A stretch of DNA of 63,923 nucleotides, counting the filler, from Hyphochytrium catenoides (taxonomy: Eukaryota; Protista; Hyphochytriomycota): the NCBI GenBank assembly GCA_900088475.1. It is 9 parts of 9 records of this genome, joined end to end, with 100 filler letters (N's around TTAATTAATTAA, not from the genome) between each part and the next. Parts side by side here need not be neighbours in the genome. Positions count along the whole stretch, not along the records: positions 1 to 31,070 come from FLMG01002635.1; 8 more parts are not named here. One strand, 5' to 3'. Shown here piece by piece: positions 1 through 13,100 of the stretch. Each line of letters begins with the position of its first letter. The first letter of the stretch is position 1. Under the pieces are notes generated by a model. The model was not told the DNA's origin, ran no database searches, and saw only the letters and a list, made by a program, of their open reading frames with translations. A program made the translations under genes and the position numbers.

Positions 1-1061
1 GCACTATCTTCGTCTTTTGTCTATGGGATAGGCTAGGCTTTCCTTCACCAACCCTGATCTCTGCCGCTCACCTCGCCTTCCCTATTCCCCTATCAGTCTC
101 TTACCTCGTCCTTAGCAGTAAGTACAAATGCGAGGTCGCCAAAGAACTTCGTAGATAGGTCAGTGAGCCATTTTTGACGCTTGGATGGACCCGTTGCCGT
201 GGAAGAGGGGTGATAGATATCGTCCGGAGAGCCTTCTGCATTTTCAGAAACCGCTAGCTCTTTTGTTGGCGGGCTCATGGTAACCTCACTCTCTAGACTA
301 ACGCCTCCTCGTAACCTGAGCGCTAGGCGCTCAACTTCAGCTTGCGGACGATTTTTCTGTCAGCAGAGTAATTTCTAAGGCATCAGCTAATGATTAACCA
401 GTCTCGGCTCAGCATGAATGAGTGACCTCAGTTAGCGCTCGCTCCAATATCGAGATCCAGAGCCACTTCTGTATGATTGAGCTCGCTAGCATACTGAATG
501 CCTCGCCGGACTTGGTCACGACTGAAAAGCCCTGGATAAGGAGAAAGATTGAACGCGAGGTATGAGATCAGCGTCAATAAACGAGGAGGAGAAGAGAACA
601 CCTAAAAAGCCAGTCGATTAGCACGGCGAAGCCTGTGCCCTGTCCTTATACCTTCAATTCAGTTTGACTGCGAGACATAAATACTCTTTGAGATCCCTGA
701 GGATGGGGGTGGATCTCGACTATCTCTGCCTCTCCTATAAGCCAGCGCGATTGATTGATTGTAAAGAGACAAGAGAGTTAGAGAGATAAAAATATTAGAG
801 AGAGAGACAGAGAGTGACAGAAGTGGACGGCCTGGGGAGAGGGAGAAGGAGCGAGGAGAACAAAATAGCAGAAAAGTATAGAGCTATACTAACCCCGAGG
901 ATCGTATCTCGCCACGGCGCTGACTTTGCTCTTGTAGTCTATAAAGGGAAGTTAGTGAGTGCGGACGAGTAAGAGGAAGACACGAGCTAGGAAGAGAGTA
1001 TGGAACCATGCACAGGGCACCAAGCGAGCGGGGAAAGACACAACTATGAGAGGGAGAGAGG

Positions 1062-1097
<36 letters not shown>

Positions 1098-1880
1098 GAC
1101 AGAGAGAGAGAAAGAGCGAAATCCAGAGTCAGAGTAAGAAGGCTCTACGACTAACGGGCACAATGGGAAAGATAGAAGACGGGACAGCGCCGACACAACT
1201 TACAAGTCATCTTCGTGCCCCTGAGCAAGAGGAATCGCGAGTTCCATTGTCCCAGTACCTTTCCTTTCTTCAGAACAAGGTCCTCCCACTCCACAGGCTC
1301 CTGGGACTCAAACCCATCGACCGTGTCGAGGATGTGACCACTGGCATGGCAGACAGAGTTAAAACGAGAAATAGACATTTCGTAAGAAGGAAAGTGAAGA
1401 ACGAAGAGAGAGACCAACGGTAAGCAATAGAGATCGGGAGGAAGAACTAGAAACAAACAGGACATTAAAGGAAGCCGTACTATAGGGGGCGACGGAATGA
1501 GAGGGAGAGAACGTGGAGAGAGTTGAAGAGAGACGCGGAAAAGGGAGGGAGGGAGAGCGGGAGGATTGAAAGAGAGGGGGAGAGAGAGAAAGAGAAGAAG
1601 AGAGAGAGAGAGAGAGAGAGAGAATGAACAGAGAGAGAGGAGAAGGCGAGAGAGAGGAAGAGAGCGAGAAAGTGGAGAGGACGGTGAGAGAGATAGCGAC
1701 AGGAGTGTGAAACCAGAGGCAGAGAGATGGCAAGAGGCTTTATACAGAAAGATAGCAAGATAACGGCGGACAGACAGCAAACCCTGTCCCAAGCATAAAC
1801 CGGCCTCACCCATGGAGCTCCCTTTGCAGAGAGTCCAAGCTCTTTCCCAGCTGGGCACTAGCGACTAGCCCGGAGGACAT
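1..1880 (-). CDS. PH-domain-containing protein (spliced, 3' end runs off the window)
   Basis: The ATG at 1880 has an upstream in-frame stop. GT-AG exons join to give MSSGLVASAQLGKSLDSLQRELHG|GHILDTVDGFESQEPVEWEDLVLKKGKVLGQWNSRFLLLRGTKMT|..DYKSKVSAVARYDPR|..|GFSVVTKSGEAFSMLASSIIQKWLWISILERALTE. This matches PH beta1/beta2 (L.KKG....W..R.F.L) and the C-terminal helix with its conserved Trp. Confidence 0.75.
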
Positions 1881-2445
1881 CTTCTCAGAAGGGCCTATTC
1901 GCCGCTAGCTCAAGACTGGACGGGAGGAGTCGCTGGCTATCCCCTCCTGGCTATCTTCTCTCCTCAACTGCCAAACTCGATGAGGTGCTGTTCCCGAAGC
2001 CCCATCAAGGGCTAGAGAGACTAGATCTATACCATGTCGTTTAGCTAGTTACCCAGGCCGAGGGAGGGCTGTTAGGTCAGTCTCCTCGCTCCACCAGCCT
2101 TCTCCCGTGTCCCGGGTGGGCACTACAGCCTCTGGCTTGTCCCCCTCTCACGATAAAGGCAAGATCCTTGATAGCCTGGCTTCTGGATTGACAATGATCT
2201 AGTCCTCTGTCACTCTTCTCCCTCTTTCTTTCTCTACTCCCTACTTTCTGTCTCCCCCTCTTTCACTCGGCTCCGCCTTTCCTTCTCTCTCTCTCTCTCT
2301 TCCCTCTCTCTCTCTTCTCTCTTCCTCTGTCTCAGAGACGCTTCATGACCTGTGTGCAGTGTGACCAGACGGGCAGATCAAATCCTGGCAGCGCTTCGAC
2401 GCGTCAATCAGCGAGCAGACAACGGAGATCGAGGAAACTGCACCA

Positions 2446-4108
2446 TCAGAACTCAAACTGACGGAGTGGCCGGTAACGACCAGCATTCCTCACTGTGTTA
2501 CTATCACGATCATCACCGATCCATCGCCATTGTCTGTTCTGTCCTGAGGAGTCAGCGAGCTTCCATCGTCTGCGTCTCCAGAGACCCAAAGAAGAGATTG
2601 TGGCGATCTTGAGCTCTATGATGTTGAGCATGGCATGTGACGGTGGTACGTAAAAGATCGGTGAGGATGCTCCTGTGCAGTCCAGACCTTGCGCATTTCC
2701 TCCTCCATCTATATAGCCTGCCGTCTTTGTATGCGGAGGTGGTGCCATCCTGTCCCTCAGCTCTGTGGCTGCGATAAAAGTTCTTAACGCATCAATAAAC
2801 TGAGAGAAATGGCTTCTCAAGAACAAAGGTATCAGCGTTTGAAATGATGTGCGGACTCTCTCTCTATCTTTATCTCTCGATTGAGGGGACGCTCGTTGCA
2901 ATCTGATGATGGAAGAGCTCGACCGTAAATCTTCATCATTTGGGGAGCTGAAGAGTCTTTCTTTATAAAGGACTCATTATTATATCATAGACGGAACGTT
3001 CGGTTGCGTTGCTAGCAAAGAGTGAGCTGAACAGGAGAGTGAGAGAAGGTAGCATGGTCACCGAAAGGGAGAGAAGTGACGGTTCGATGAACGGAGGAAG
3101 CCCCACGGCAAAAGTCCAGACGACTACCGTTAGAGATAACGGTATGGAAGAGAAGAAGACAATCTTCAGCAGGAACAGAATAAGATTATTAAAACTATCT
3201 TCAGCAAGGTTGCCTCGCGTGAGATGCGGTGGGACAAAGTTCTCTACGACCTCTAGAACGTTTGGGATCAGGTCTATACTTTGTTTCTCATGGCTTACGT
3301 TCACATTGACTTCTTCCTTCAAAGGATAGGGCCTGGATCCTTCAGTCAACAACAGAAGAAAGTCCCTGCGGTCCATAGGGTAGGAACACGTGGGGCTCTT
3401 CTCTCCTCACGAACCCAGCCAGAAGAAGACAGGATCCCGTCGTGCCATCATCCCACCCTAATGTCACTGCTAACTTATCACCTACAAGGTTGATGGCCCT
3501 CAGCTCTTATTGCCCATCAGCTGCCTGCACGCCCAAAGACCAGGAGCTTTTTTCTCCCCCCCAGCCTCCTCCTCCCTACACAGCAGCTTAGCTGTCTCTT
3601 GACAGACCATTGAAGGGCGAGAGCGGGGCAGGAGCAGCATCATTCTCACTGATCCGTTACACTTCTGAGAGCGGGTAACGGCAGCTTGAGTGTCTCCAGG
3701 GGATGATCTGGGGTGATGGATGAAGAGCAATGCAGCTCACATCGGAAAAGAAGAAGACAGAGAGAGAGGGAGAAAGAGAGAAAGAGAGANNNNNNNNNNN
3801 NNNNNNNNNNNNNNNNNNNNNNNNNNNNNNNNNNNNNNNNNNNNNNNNNNNNNNNNNNNNNNNNNNNNNNNNNNNNNNNNGAGAGAGAGTCTTGAGGTGA
3901 GGAGGGAGAGGGAGAGGCCTATAAATTGCAGGCAAAAGAGACAAGAGGGGATGGTAAGAGAGAAGAAAGAGGACTGAAAGAGAGATTAATAGAGGAGCCG
4001 AAGATGCAGAAGGTGGCATTACAAGGTAGATAAGAACCACTAAGTTACTCAGAGGAACAGCGCCAAGATTGCCTGGGAAGACGCTCTGCAAACATCATCC
4101 AATGCCAT
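2446..4108 (-). CDS. Possible spliced hypothetical protein
   Basis: Several non-repetitive exon-like segments (about 3150-3366 and 2446-2960) have plausible splice sites, and the intron CT polarity fits the minus strand. No domain is recognisable and the exon phases are unresolved. Confidence 0.3.
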
Positions 4109-4174
4109 AAGAAACCCTGGCAAGACAAGCGCTCCATTGCGCGACAAACGTAGCTACTCGGCTATCGCTGGAGG

Positions 4175-7100
4175 ATGGAGTCTAAGGCCCTGAGGGACAG
4201 CAAAAAGACAAAGTCCAAGAGCAGCTCCCGACATAGCGAGCGGTCAGAAGCCGAGAGCAAGGAGGAACGAAAGCTAGAGGCCTCTCCTAGGTGCGTTGTA
4301 GCCAGTGTCTCTTTCTCTCTCTCTTCCCGTTCTTTCCTCTCCTCGTTGTTTTCTCTCTCTTTCCTCTATTATCTCTCCCTGTCCGCGCGTCTTTCTTTTC
4401 CTTCATCTCCTAACACGCAGAGCAATGAACCTCCCTCTTCATTTCACGCCAGGCCTAGTCCACGGAGAAGAGTGCGCAAGCGTCAGCCAAAGAACCCTTC
4501 GAGTGATCGGGATGATGAAGGCAGAGGAACAGAGAAGGAGAGAAAAGCCAAGAAGGAGCAGGAGGAGAGAAATGTCAAAGATAGTGAGCCCTCCGCGGAA
4601 GGTGGACAGGCCCCTTCTCCCTCAGAGGATAACACTTCGCATTCTGAGGAGACAAAGTCAAAGCGAGGAGAAGTGGAAAAGAGGCGGAAAAAGAGGTCGT
4701 CGGCCGTGAAAAATAGTTCGTCGCTTAGCTCTTCAGCGTTAGAGGAGGAAGAGAGCCTTCAAGTCCGTCCAGAAGACATAGAAGAGGGGCTTCTACTCTC
4801 TCATGAGGCGTGCTTGCGCTATGTAGAGGTCAGTCGTGACCTCTTCACTGTCCTCCCTTCAGCATTGCCGAAGGCCTTGCCGTCCCAATCATTGTCCCTT
4901 CATGCCTAGGTTATCTCCTTTGCAAAAAGCCAAATGCCCTGTGTGGGCCACTATGCATCTTCTTCCTACAGCGTAGTTGCCTTTCTTGCCTGCTCTTCCT
5001 CAACTGTGGGTCCTCCTTCTCCAATCTCTTCAATTCTTTCCTCTTTGTCGTTATCTCTCCCTCTCTGTCCTACCTGAGGTGTGTTCCTATCGTGGCTTTA
5101 TTTTGCTTTCCCTCCTCTCTCTGACACCGCCTCTCCTCTCCAACTGCATGGCCTCCTCTTTATAGGTAGAGCTCAATGACGGCACAGGGATTTACTCTAC
5201 ATCTCCTGCCATAGAAGACACAGCCATAGAAGATGCTTCTCCTTCTTCGAAAGAAACAGGAACTCGCAAGACAAACAGTTCTCAAGACAAGAGCTTTATC
5301 TATGTAGAAAACAGCTCAGATGGTGAGTTCCTCAAGGTGGAGCGGAGGCTCTTGATGCCTGCTGGAGGCCAGGAGCAGACTTCAAGAGACGGAGATGTTA
5401 GCCCTTTGGAAGGGCTGTCTCGGACGGTCTATAGCTTATCGGCTATGATGGACACTACGATGATCTTTGTACAGGTGCCCTTACCTCCTTTAGCGCCCTT
5501 TCCCTCTATCCTTTCTTCGTGTCGTTTTCTCCTTCTTTCATAGGACTGTACTGGTTGCGGACTAAAGTCTTCGCTGTCGCTCCTTCCCGCTGTGAAAGTT
5601 TCTCTCTCCTTCCATCTCTCTTAATCTTCTCACTTCTCGTTTTCTCTACCAGGGTCTTTTGGCGGGTCTAGCCTTGATCAACATGTACCAGGCGCAAGGC
5701 TTAAAGAGTGACGCGGTGGTGCAGAGCTACAGCTCCTTTTCGAACGACTATCGGAGGCTTTTCTTCCTCTTCATATTTGTTTGCGTGGTGGGGAGCTGGG
5801 ACCGTTATGACCGTCTGGTGCTGGAGCAGAGGAAGATGACAATAGTAGACCCTTCCCAGCGTTGTAGGGTCAGTAGCCTACGTTGCACCTGGTCGACAAT
5901 CCCCATCTCTACACTCCACGTCTTCGTCATCTCTTGACAATCTCTCGCTAAATCTGAGCCTCTTTTAATCTTTGACTTTCCTTGTCCCCTGGTCCTTTTG
6001 TCACTCTCTTGCTAGCCTGTTCCTGTCTCTCTGTCCATTGCTCTCTCTACCGCCCTTGTCTTTGCAGCTTAGCCTTGTTCCCAGATAACTTGGACCATCT
6101 TGAACTGGAGTAAATCCAAGATCACGCTCTTCCCATCTCACTTATGCCTTTGATCTCCTCATGACCGTAATCCATTTGTTCCTGCCCGCTCTAATGTTCT
6201 CTCGCTTTTTCGTAGATACTCTTTGGAGCCCTTTGCTACACAGCCTCCTTTGTCCTCACTCTCGGACTGGCTCCTTTAGATCTCTGGCTCACGGACGGAG
6301 ATAGGTAAACCGCTATGCCTCTATGTTAGAGCCTCACTTCATACTCACTCCCCATTTCAACCCTCTATCTTGGGATAATCTAGCACCCAAGGCACTAGAA
6401 CGGTACGTACACCCTTGCCCCCTGCTCAACGCCATGGATCTTACCCTCACCCTTTATCTCTGTGTCTCTTTGCTAAACTTTCCTGGGTCAACATTGGCCA
6501 TCGCCCTCTTCCCTCTCTGGCGCGGCATCCTTCCTAGTGGTGGCTGCTCTTGGCTTGCGGTCGGCTCACTTTCATCTTTCTGGGCTGGATCGCTCTCTGC
6601 TATGTAAGCTCTCCTCCCAATCGCGGCAATTCCCCTCCTTTCTCGTTCAAGGTCCTTTTCTCTTCCCCGCTTTGGCTTCTTCTACAGTTCTACGCTATAT
6701 TCTCACGCTGGGAGTGCACGCAGGACAATTATATTAGCGGCATCTTCATCAGAGACAATTTGCTAGAGCTTGCCAAGCTGCAAGCTGAGCTTGCTAGACT
6801 AGAGAGAAGGTAAGGAGCTATTTTTAGGAAGAGGACCGAAGGGCAGTAAGAAAGCGATAGGGTGCGAATAGACCGTGGCAATGGAACAGGAGGCAAAGGC
6901 CGCCAACATGAAGGCTAGAAAAGGCAGGACGGCGGAGTTTAGGCAGAGAGAAAGAAAGAGAGGAGATCTACAAGGGATGAGTGACCTTGAGCACTTCACC
7001 GGCCGTGAACATCATGAACGTGAGGGATAGAGAGGATGCAAAAGGCTCAGCACAAGCCAGAGAAGGGACTCAGCGAGCCATATAGAGGCCGCTATGGGGA

Positions 7101-7388
7101 TAATGGCGAATGACTGACAGTGTCGGCCACTAGGGTTGACCGCCTAAACGGAAGGAATATTGAGACTCTCTCCCCGGACGAGCTGAAGGAGCTCATTGAA
7201 GTTCATAAGGTCTGCATATGGCGCAGTGTAGCTCTTCTTTAGAATATCTCACGGGCACTCCCCTCGCCATATACCTCCAGGCTGCCGCTGCAGATACCGA
7301 GCGGATGTATCTCTATCGCTCCAAGCTTGCGACCTCTGGGCAAGGATCGGGACCTGTCAAAGCGCCACAAGCCACTGATTCATTGTGA
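4175..7388 (+). CDS. TMEM237: TMEM237-like ciliary transition-zone membrane protein (spliced)
   Basis: A long charged, disordered N-terminus precedes four hydrophobic segments: FVQ|GLLAGLALINMYQ..VVQSYSSFSNDYRRLFFLFIFVCVVGSWDR, ILFGALCYTASFVLTLG and WWLLLACGRLTFIFLGWIALCY. This resembles the TMEM237 pattern (GxLAG...Y...LF......S.DR). A GTAAG donor after RLER leads to two more exons ending in TGA at 7386-7388. Confidence 0.6.
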
Positions 7389-8010
7389 TACGAAGGAAGC
7401 GCAGATTCAGTGCTCTCCTACTAATCCCAATATTATACTCTTAGAGGCCCCCCTGTTTGGGGACAGATGTCATCTTATAAGAGAACATTGCACATCTCCC
7501 AGCTACCTGGAGATAGTCTTGCCATCTAGATGAGTCTTTTACAGAGGTCACGACACCTACGTATAATCTCATTGGATTATCGCATGTCCCTTCATAAGTA
7601 GCATAAGTAGCTCACTCATCGTGGTAGGTGGAACCCTTAGATTGGCTCCGTAATCTCTTTGTGCGACAACAAGATCCCTGAGATTCACAATGAGAAGCGA
7701 AGTAGCGGCCATTCTCGTCAAGTTAGACGGCTTGGCTTCTCTCTTCTCTTTCTTTGGCTAAGAGGAGAGAACCAAATGGCGCCAAGACTGCTGGGAGCAG
7801 GGAGCAATGCCTTCAATGCCCCTGCATCGTCCTGGCGCGATAAAGGCAGTGCGGCTATCGACCAGCGCGTTGACTCAAGATCTGAAGAATCAGAACTTGC
7901 ACTAGAGGCCTTGCGATAGCCGGTAACCGCTCATCTCCAATGAAAAGTGAAAAGGTTACTTTCTTGTAGATTGTTTTTTTCACTTCTAAGGAGGCATCCT
8001 TGTACGTTAT

Positions 8011-8020
8011 TGAAGCTTCA
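8011..8020. promoter_or_regulatory. TGAAGCTTCA palindrome, candidate upstream element (also at 16283-16292 and 23605-23614)
   Basis: The exact 10-bp palindrome occurs in three intergenic regions 5' of genes, each within a cluster of TGAAGMT/AKCTTCA half-sites. Confidence 0.4.
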
Positions 8021-8362
8021 ATCCTCATAAAAAAGAAATCTTTCGCGGAGGATCTTGAAGACTTGAGACTTCGCAATGACGAGCTTCAGAATTCAAGCTG
8101 TGCGATCTGAAGCTGAAGCTTTTTCAGACGAATTGCGCCCCCTGGGAAGCTCTGTTGGGGCTGGAGAGTAATCTTCAAGGGCTAAGGGGCCTCCCCCGTT
8201 TATCTCGTATCGGTCAAGGCTCGATTTATCTCATTGTGTTGTTCGGGCAAGAGTTAGCGGCTTATGGCACTGATTCTTATCGGTTGAGAAGCGCTATCTT
8301 TCCTTCTGAACGTCCTCCTCTTTCTTTGGCTGCCTTTGGCTAAGGGTTTCCTGATAAAGAAG

Positions 8363-9898
8363 ATGAGCTTGCCTCCAGGATGGGCGTCTGCCAAGTCAGC
8401 GGATGGCAAGGTAAGAGATCAAACTCCTCCTCTATAAATGTCAGTCAGTCGGAACAGTTTTGGTAGCTGACTTTTCTATCATCCTCGGCATATTGTGACA
8501 CTCCTACGCCTGACAGACACTGCCGCTAATATGTTCCTCTTCTTCCGCATTGGCTCGCATATTTGTTCCTGCTCCGCTTCCTGCTTGCTTTATATCCCAT
8601 AGGAGTACTACTATAATCGAGTTACAAAAGCAACTCAGTGGGAGAGACCAACCAGCCCTGCTCTCCCAGCAGCCAGTAGTAGCAGAGCCATTGTGGCAAG
8701 GGCCCAGACGCAAGCAACGGTAGCTGCGGCCGCAGCTTCCCCTGCTCCAGCTGCCACCGGTGGTCGGGGAGACCTCCTGGCGGCCATACAGCGCGGAACA
8801 AAATTGAAAAAAGTCAGCACAAAGGAACCAGCCCCTGTTGGTGGACGGTAAGGCAGAAATTTCTCTTTGGTCTAACTCTCTTTTCGTCTCGTTTACCCTT
8901 CCCTTCCTTCATCTCTTCTGTGCCAACAAGGAAGACTCACACGTGTGCTTTTCTTTCACTACTCATCGCTCTGCAACTCTGGGTTGTCCTTGTCTTCTCG
9001 GCTATTACCATTCCGCTTTCCAGCGCTGGAGGAGACACCGGAGGTGGCGGAGGGCCGGTAGGTGGCGGCGGGGGAGGAGGAGGAGGAGGTGGGCCGTTTG
9101 GAGGTGGAGGCGGGGGCAACGACCTGATGGCTGCCATTAAAAACGCCCAGCTTAGGCGAGCTCAGAACCAGGGCAGGCAAGTCGCTCACTTCCTTGCGCA
9201 AGGTCTTTAGACTTCCCACGTCTCTCTCCTACTTCTCTCCTCATATGGTATACATACAGACATGTACTCTATCGCTTGTGCTCCCAAGGCCTTCAACTCT
9301 TACCATCCCTTAGCGTTTATCCAAGCTCCTTGTGACCCCGCCATAACCTATCGACGCTGCTCTCTCCACTATCTCTCTGTGCTCTGCACCTTCGGCATCG
9401 TCATATGTAGCCTAAGCGGCGGGAAAGAACCCAGTCCTAGCTCTTCTCCACCTCGTAGCACCGGCACAGCAGCAGCTGCCGATGCACTCAGAAAAAGTGG
9501 AATCTTTTCTTCCTCTTCCTCCACGACTCCAGCAAGAAAATTTTCCATCGGTGCTTCTAGTGTCTCTAATGGTAGGTGCTCTGTTCAAGAGAACGTGCTG
9601 CATATCGCCGTCCATATCGACCCGAATCTCTTGCTTTCTTCTGCGCGGAGCAGAGTCCCACATCACGTCTTTTCTTCTTGTGACTGAGTTGGAGATAAAC
9701 GAGGTTCTAAGCTATTATGTGCGTCCTGAGTGACCTTACTTTAAGCTTTTGCTTAACCATTATCCTTCTCTCTCCTCTCTCCCTGCAGGTGATACATCCT
9801 CAGGCAGTTTAGAGTCACGAGTGAGTGCCTTGGAGTCCCAGCTCGTGTCCATTGAGAGCAAGCTTGACAAATTGTTAGCCTTCCACAATATCACCTAA
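8363..9898 (+). CDS. WW + 2x WH2 + C-terminal coiled-coil protein (putative actin regulator), 5 exons
   Basis: The spliced product contains MSLPPGWASAKSADGK|EYYYNRVTKATQWERP (canonical WW), GRGDLLAAIQRGTKLKKV (WH2), a poly-Gly linker, NDLMAAIKNAQLRRA (WH2), an S/T-rich linker and LESRVSALESQLVSIESKLDKLL (heptads), then TAA at 9896-9898. Confidence 0.85.
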
Positions 9899-10130
9899 TG
9901 TACACTTCTTCACCCGTTCGGCAAGCCCGATCTTGCACTAGGACTAGAGGACATAATGAGGCTGGTACAAGAGATTAGAGCAAACAAGGCACCGGGTCAA
10001 TAGTGTTCGCTAGGAATCTCAGCTAGACCCTCTCTATGTCTTCTTCTTGAAGATCATCCGTGTCCTGGCAGATAGACCTGTGATGGTCTTGGAGCTGCTG
10101 CATTTTCATGTCTTTGCAGAGGAATACTCC

Positions 10131-13100
10131 TTATTGACTCTCTCCAACATTATAGTTGGCGATCTCATCCCTCAGCGCCCTGAAGGGACTTTCTTTGGCA
10201 GGGTCAAATCCCAGTGCTTCACAGTGCCTGCAGAAGAGGCAGAGCGAAGTAATCGTAAGCAGAAGATAAAGCCTGCTATTCTTTCGTGTTGCCTCTCGTT
10301 CCGTCAGTCTCTTGGGCTAACCTTCCAAATTCATTAATGTCCAGCATGAGTTGCATGTGGATCTTCTCGGTGTCGGAGACTTGATTGTCTCCGCTGGTAC
10401 TCTGCTGCAGGGCGGATCGCTTGAGCTTTCTCTTTCTAAGGGAATCTTCCGTTTGTTTGGCTGTACAAATATCCAGATGTCAGAACGCCCAAATGGAAAT
10501 CTCACCCAAGCGCACACAGAAAGCACATAGATATAGAAGTAGTAGAATTGGCCTAGAGAAGGACATCGAGACAGAAAGCAAGCATGGAGAAGATGATGAA
10601 TGTCCACCATCTAAGAGCGAGAGAATGTAGGGGCGAAAGATCTGCGCAGATGGACGTCCGCGTTTGAAAACAGCGCCGCAGGTTTTGGTACAAGAGAGAA
10701 GCGGTCGATGCTTACCACTTTGCAAGAGCTCCACGGCCATTGACTTATACGTCTCACAGACATCAGTTAGCGTCTGGGAGATGATGTGGGCTCGGCTGGC
10801 AGGAGGGATGTGCTGTCCAAACTGGTCTAGAATCTGCTTTACTGGGCTAGGACGAGCCGAAAAGTAAGGCACAAGAACAGCCATATTCAAAGCGCGACGG
10901 CTTCTTAAGTGCAGAAGGAGACGAGATAGGAAGAGCTACGACGAAAGACAGTGACGAGGGTGGTGGCTAGCTCCCAGCTTCCGGTGACAGACCAAATGAA
11001 CAGAGAAGGTAGAGGGATAGTAGTGCATAGCTCACACTCTGGCTGCCATACCTGGTGAATGTTGGGACAAAAGGTGATGGTGCGGTGGGTGCTGGTTTGT
11101 TTGTCCAGCGAAAGAGCGTAGCGATGTGTCTAGAATAGGAGGTTGATATGCTTATTAGAACCATAGATGACACTTAAGACCCACTGAAGGATCGCGGTGC
11201 CTTACTTTATGGAGTTCAGAGCTTTCGTGCACTCCTCCGTTAGCATGCCGGCGAGTCGTTTCCAGCACTCCGTTGAGAGGGTATCAAGCTCGGAGATTGA
11301 CTGCAAGCAGCCAGTGAGAAAGTGGAACGAATGACACGAAACGCGCGTCAAGGAGTGCCACAATGCCGAGGCAGCCAGGATTGACAGTACGTACATTGTT
11401 AAGAAGCGGCAGCACGGCATTAGAGACCATGGCGTGTGCTCTGCTTCTCGCTGCCTCCGCTGTCAGCTGGAGGCCATTACGAAGGAGGTTCTCTATACTT
11501 TTCTCTAGAAGAGGCAGCGCGTGCTCTATCATCTACAGGGACGATAATCAGTTTGTTATGGCTTTGCTTTTTACGATCGATTCCTCTCTTCGCCTCTTCC
11601 TTTTCGCAGCTGTCTCTCCAAGCTCCCTCTATTTTCTCAAAGCTTAAGAAGCCTTGCTCTTGGCCTTTCCTTCTCCTTCAATTCTCTTCTGTTACAGCTT
11701 GCGTCGCACCATTGCTTCATCTAGTACTCGTGGCGCGTTTCAGGTATATGGCCATTACTCCCAGTCCTTACCTTACTATGCACTGTGGCAGTCTCAGCTG
11801 CAATATAAAGGATGACTTCTGCCTTCGCTGTGCTTCCAGGAGACTGTGAGGTTCCTGCATTGTCTCCAGAAGACCCAGGTACAGCCGCGCCTGAGGCGTC
11901 TTCTCCCGCTTTCTACGGCCGTAAAAACAAGAGAGAATGATAGGACCATGTCAACTTAGCACTTAGAAGGTCAAATGAACTGAAGTTTTACTGTCCTATG
12001 ACTATGATAGGAAATGTATAGCGAAGCTTGAAGCAGGGAGAAAGCTAAGTGGAGCACTAGCAGATGACAGTCAAAGGATCGCATCTGTTAGGGCCCCTTC
12101 GGATAATCAAAGCCGTGCATAGAAAGTCAACCTGTCGCTCCTATCATCACGCTTACCTCAACTCTAACATAGGATTGTAGCCACGCTGTATACTGAGAGA
12201 GGAGCTGTAGAGCCAGGAGGACGAATTTGGGGATCAGAGGAACCAAGAGGACCTCCGGGCTCCAGGTCTTCCGGACAGCACTGAGGACTTGCTCAGTACC
12301 TGCAGAAAAATATGGAGATTCTGTTTGATCCCGAACGGGGGCGGAGGCCAAGGGAAAAGAGAGAGAGGGTGTCACGATGGAAAAAAGAGCCAGATCGTCC
12401 CTAACAAAGCAATTGAGAGCACACCTGAAGCACCACTCTCCTGCGTGGTCCCAAACTTTGGGATAAAGACCGGTGGAGAAGCGAAGACTGGCCGCAAGGT
12501 CTGGTTTAGTTCGTCAACACGGAGCTGCAAGAAAGCAGGATGAAGTTAGGAGACCTGGTCGCCAATTATTGCTTAGTGTCGGGGCACCAGGCCACTCATT
12601 ACCTGGTAGTAAACAGTCATGTTCCATCTTTTCATGAAGTCTCTCGTGCTTGCGTGGCTCTGGAAGCGAGCAGGATCGGGTGCCAGACGCTCTAACTGCT
12701 TCAGAAAAGAGATCGAAGCAGAATAGTTCTGGGATGTGCCATCGCCAGAGTGCTTGTTAGTTTAGCGTAGCCTCCAGCTAGATACAAGCTGGAAGTGAAG
12801 GCCAGCAAAGGGCGAGAGGAGCGAGACTAAGAAGGAGGCCATACCCGGTGAAATAGGGTGGCATCTCCCAGGGTAAAAATCCCTGCGAGCCGCGTAACAA
12901 GTCCCTGTTCCACCTCTTTCCAGATGCTATTGCAAAGTATGTCTAAATCTGTGAACACATGAGCGCGTACAGTGGTTCGTTAATACCTAGGAAGCCCTTT
13001 TCCATCTTCCCTCTCACTCTCTCTTTGTCCCTATCTCTCTCTCTCTCTTTCTCAGGTCTTTGGCCAACCAATTCCAGCCAGAAGAACCACTATACCTGAG

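Noticed and set aside
8937-9137. Poly-proline ORF on the minus strand (formin/WASP-like)
   Set aside because: It is the antisense shadow of the poly-Gly linker in the plus-strand WW-WH2 gene.
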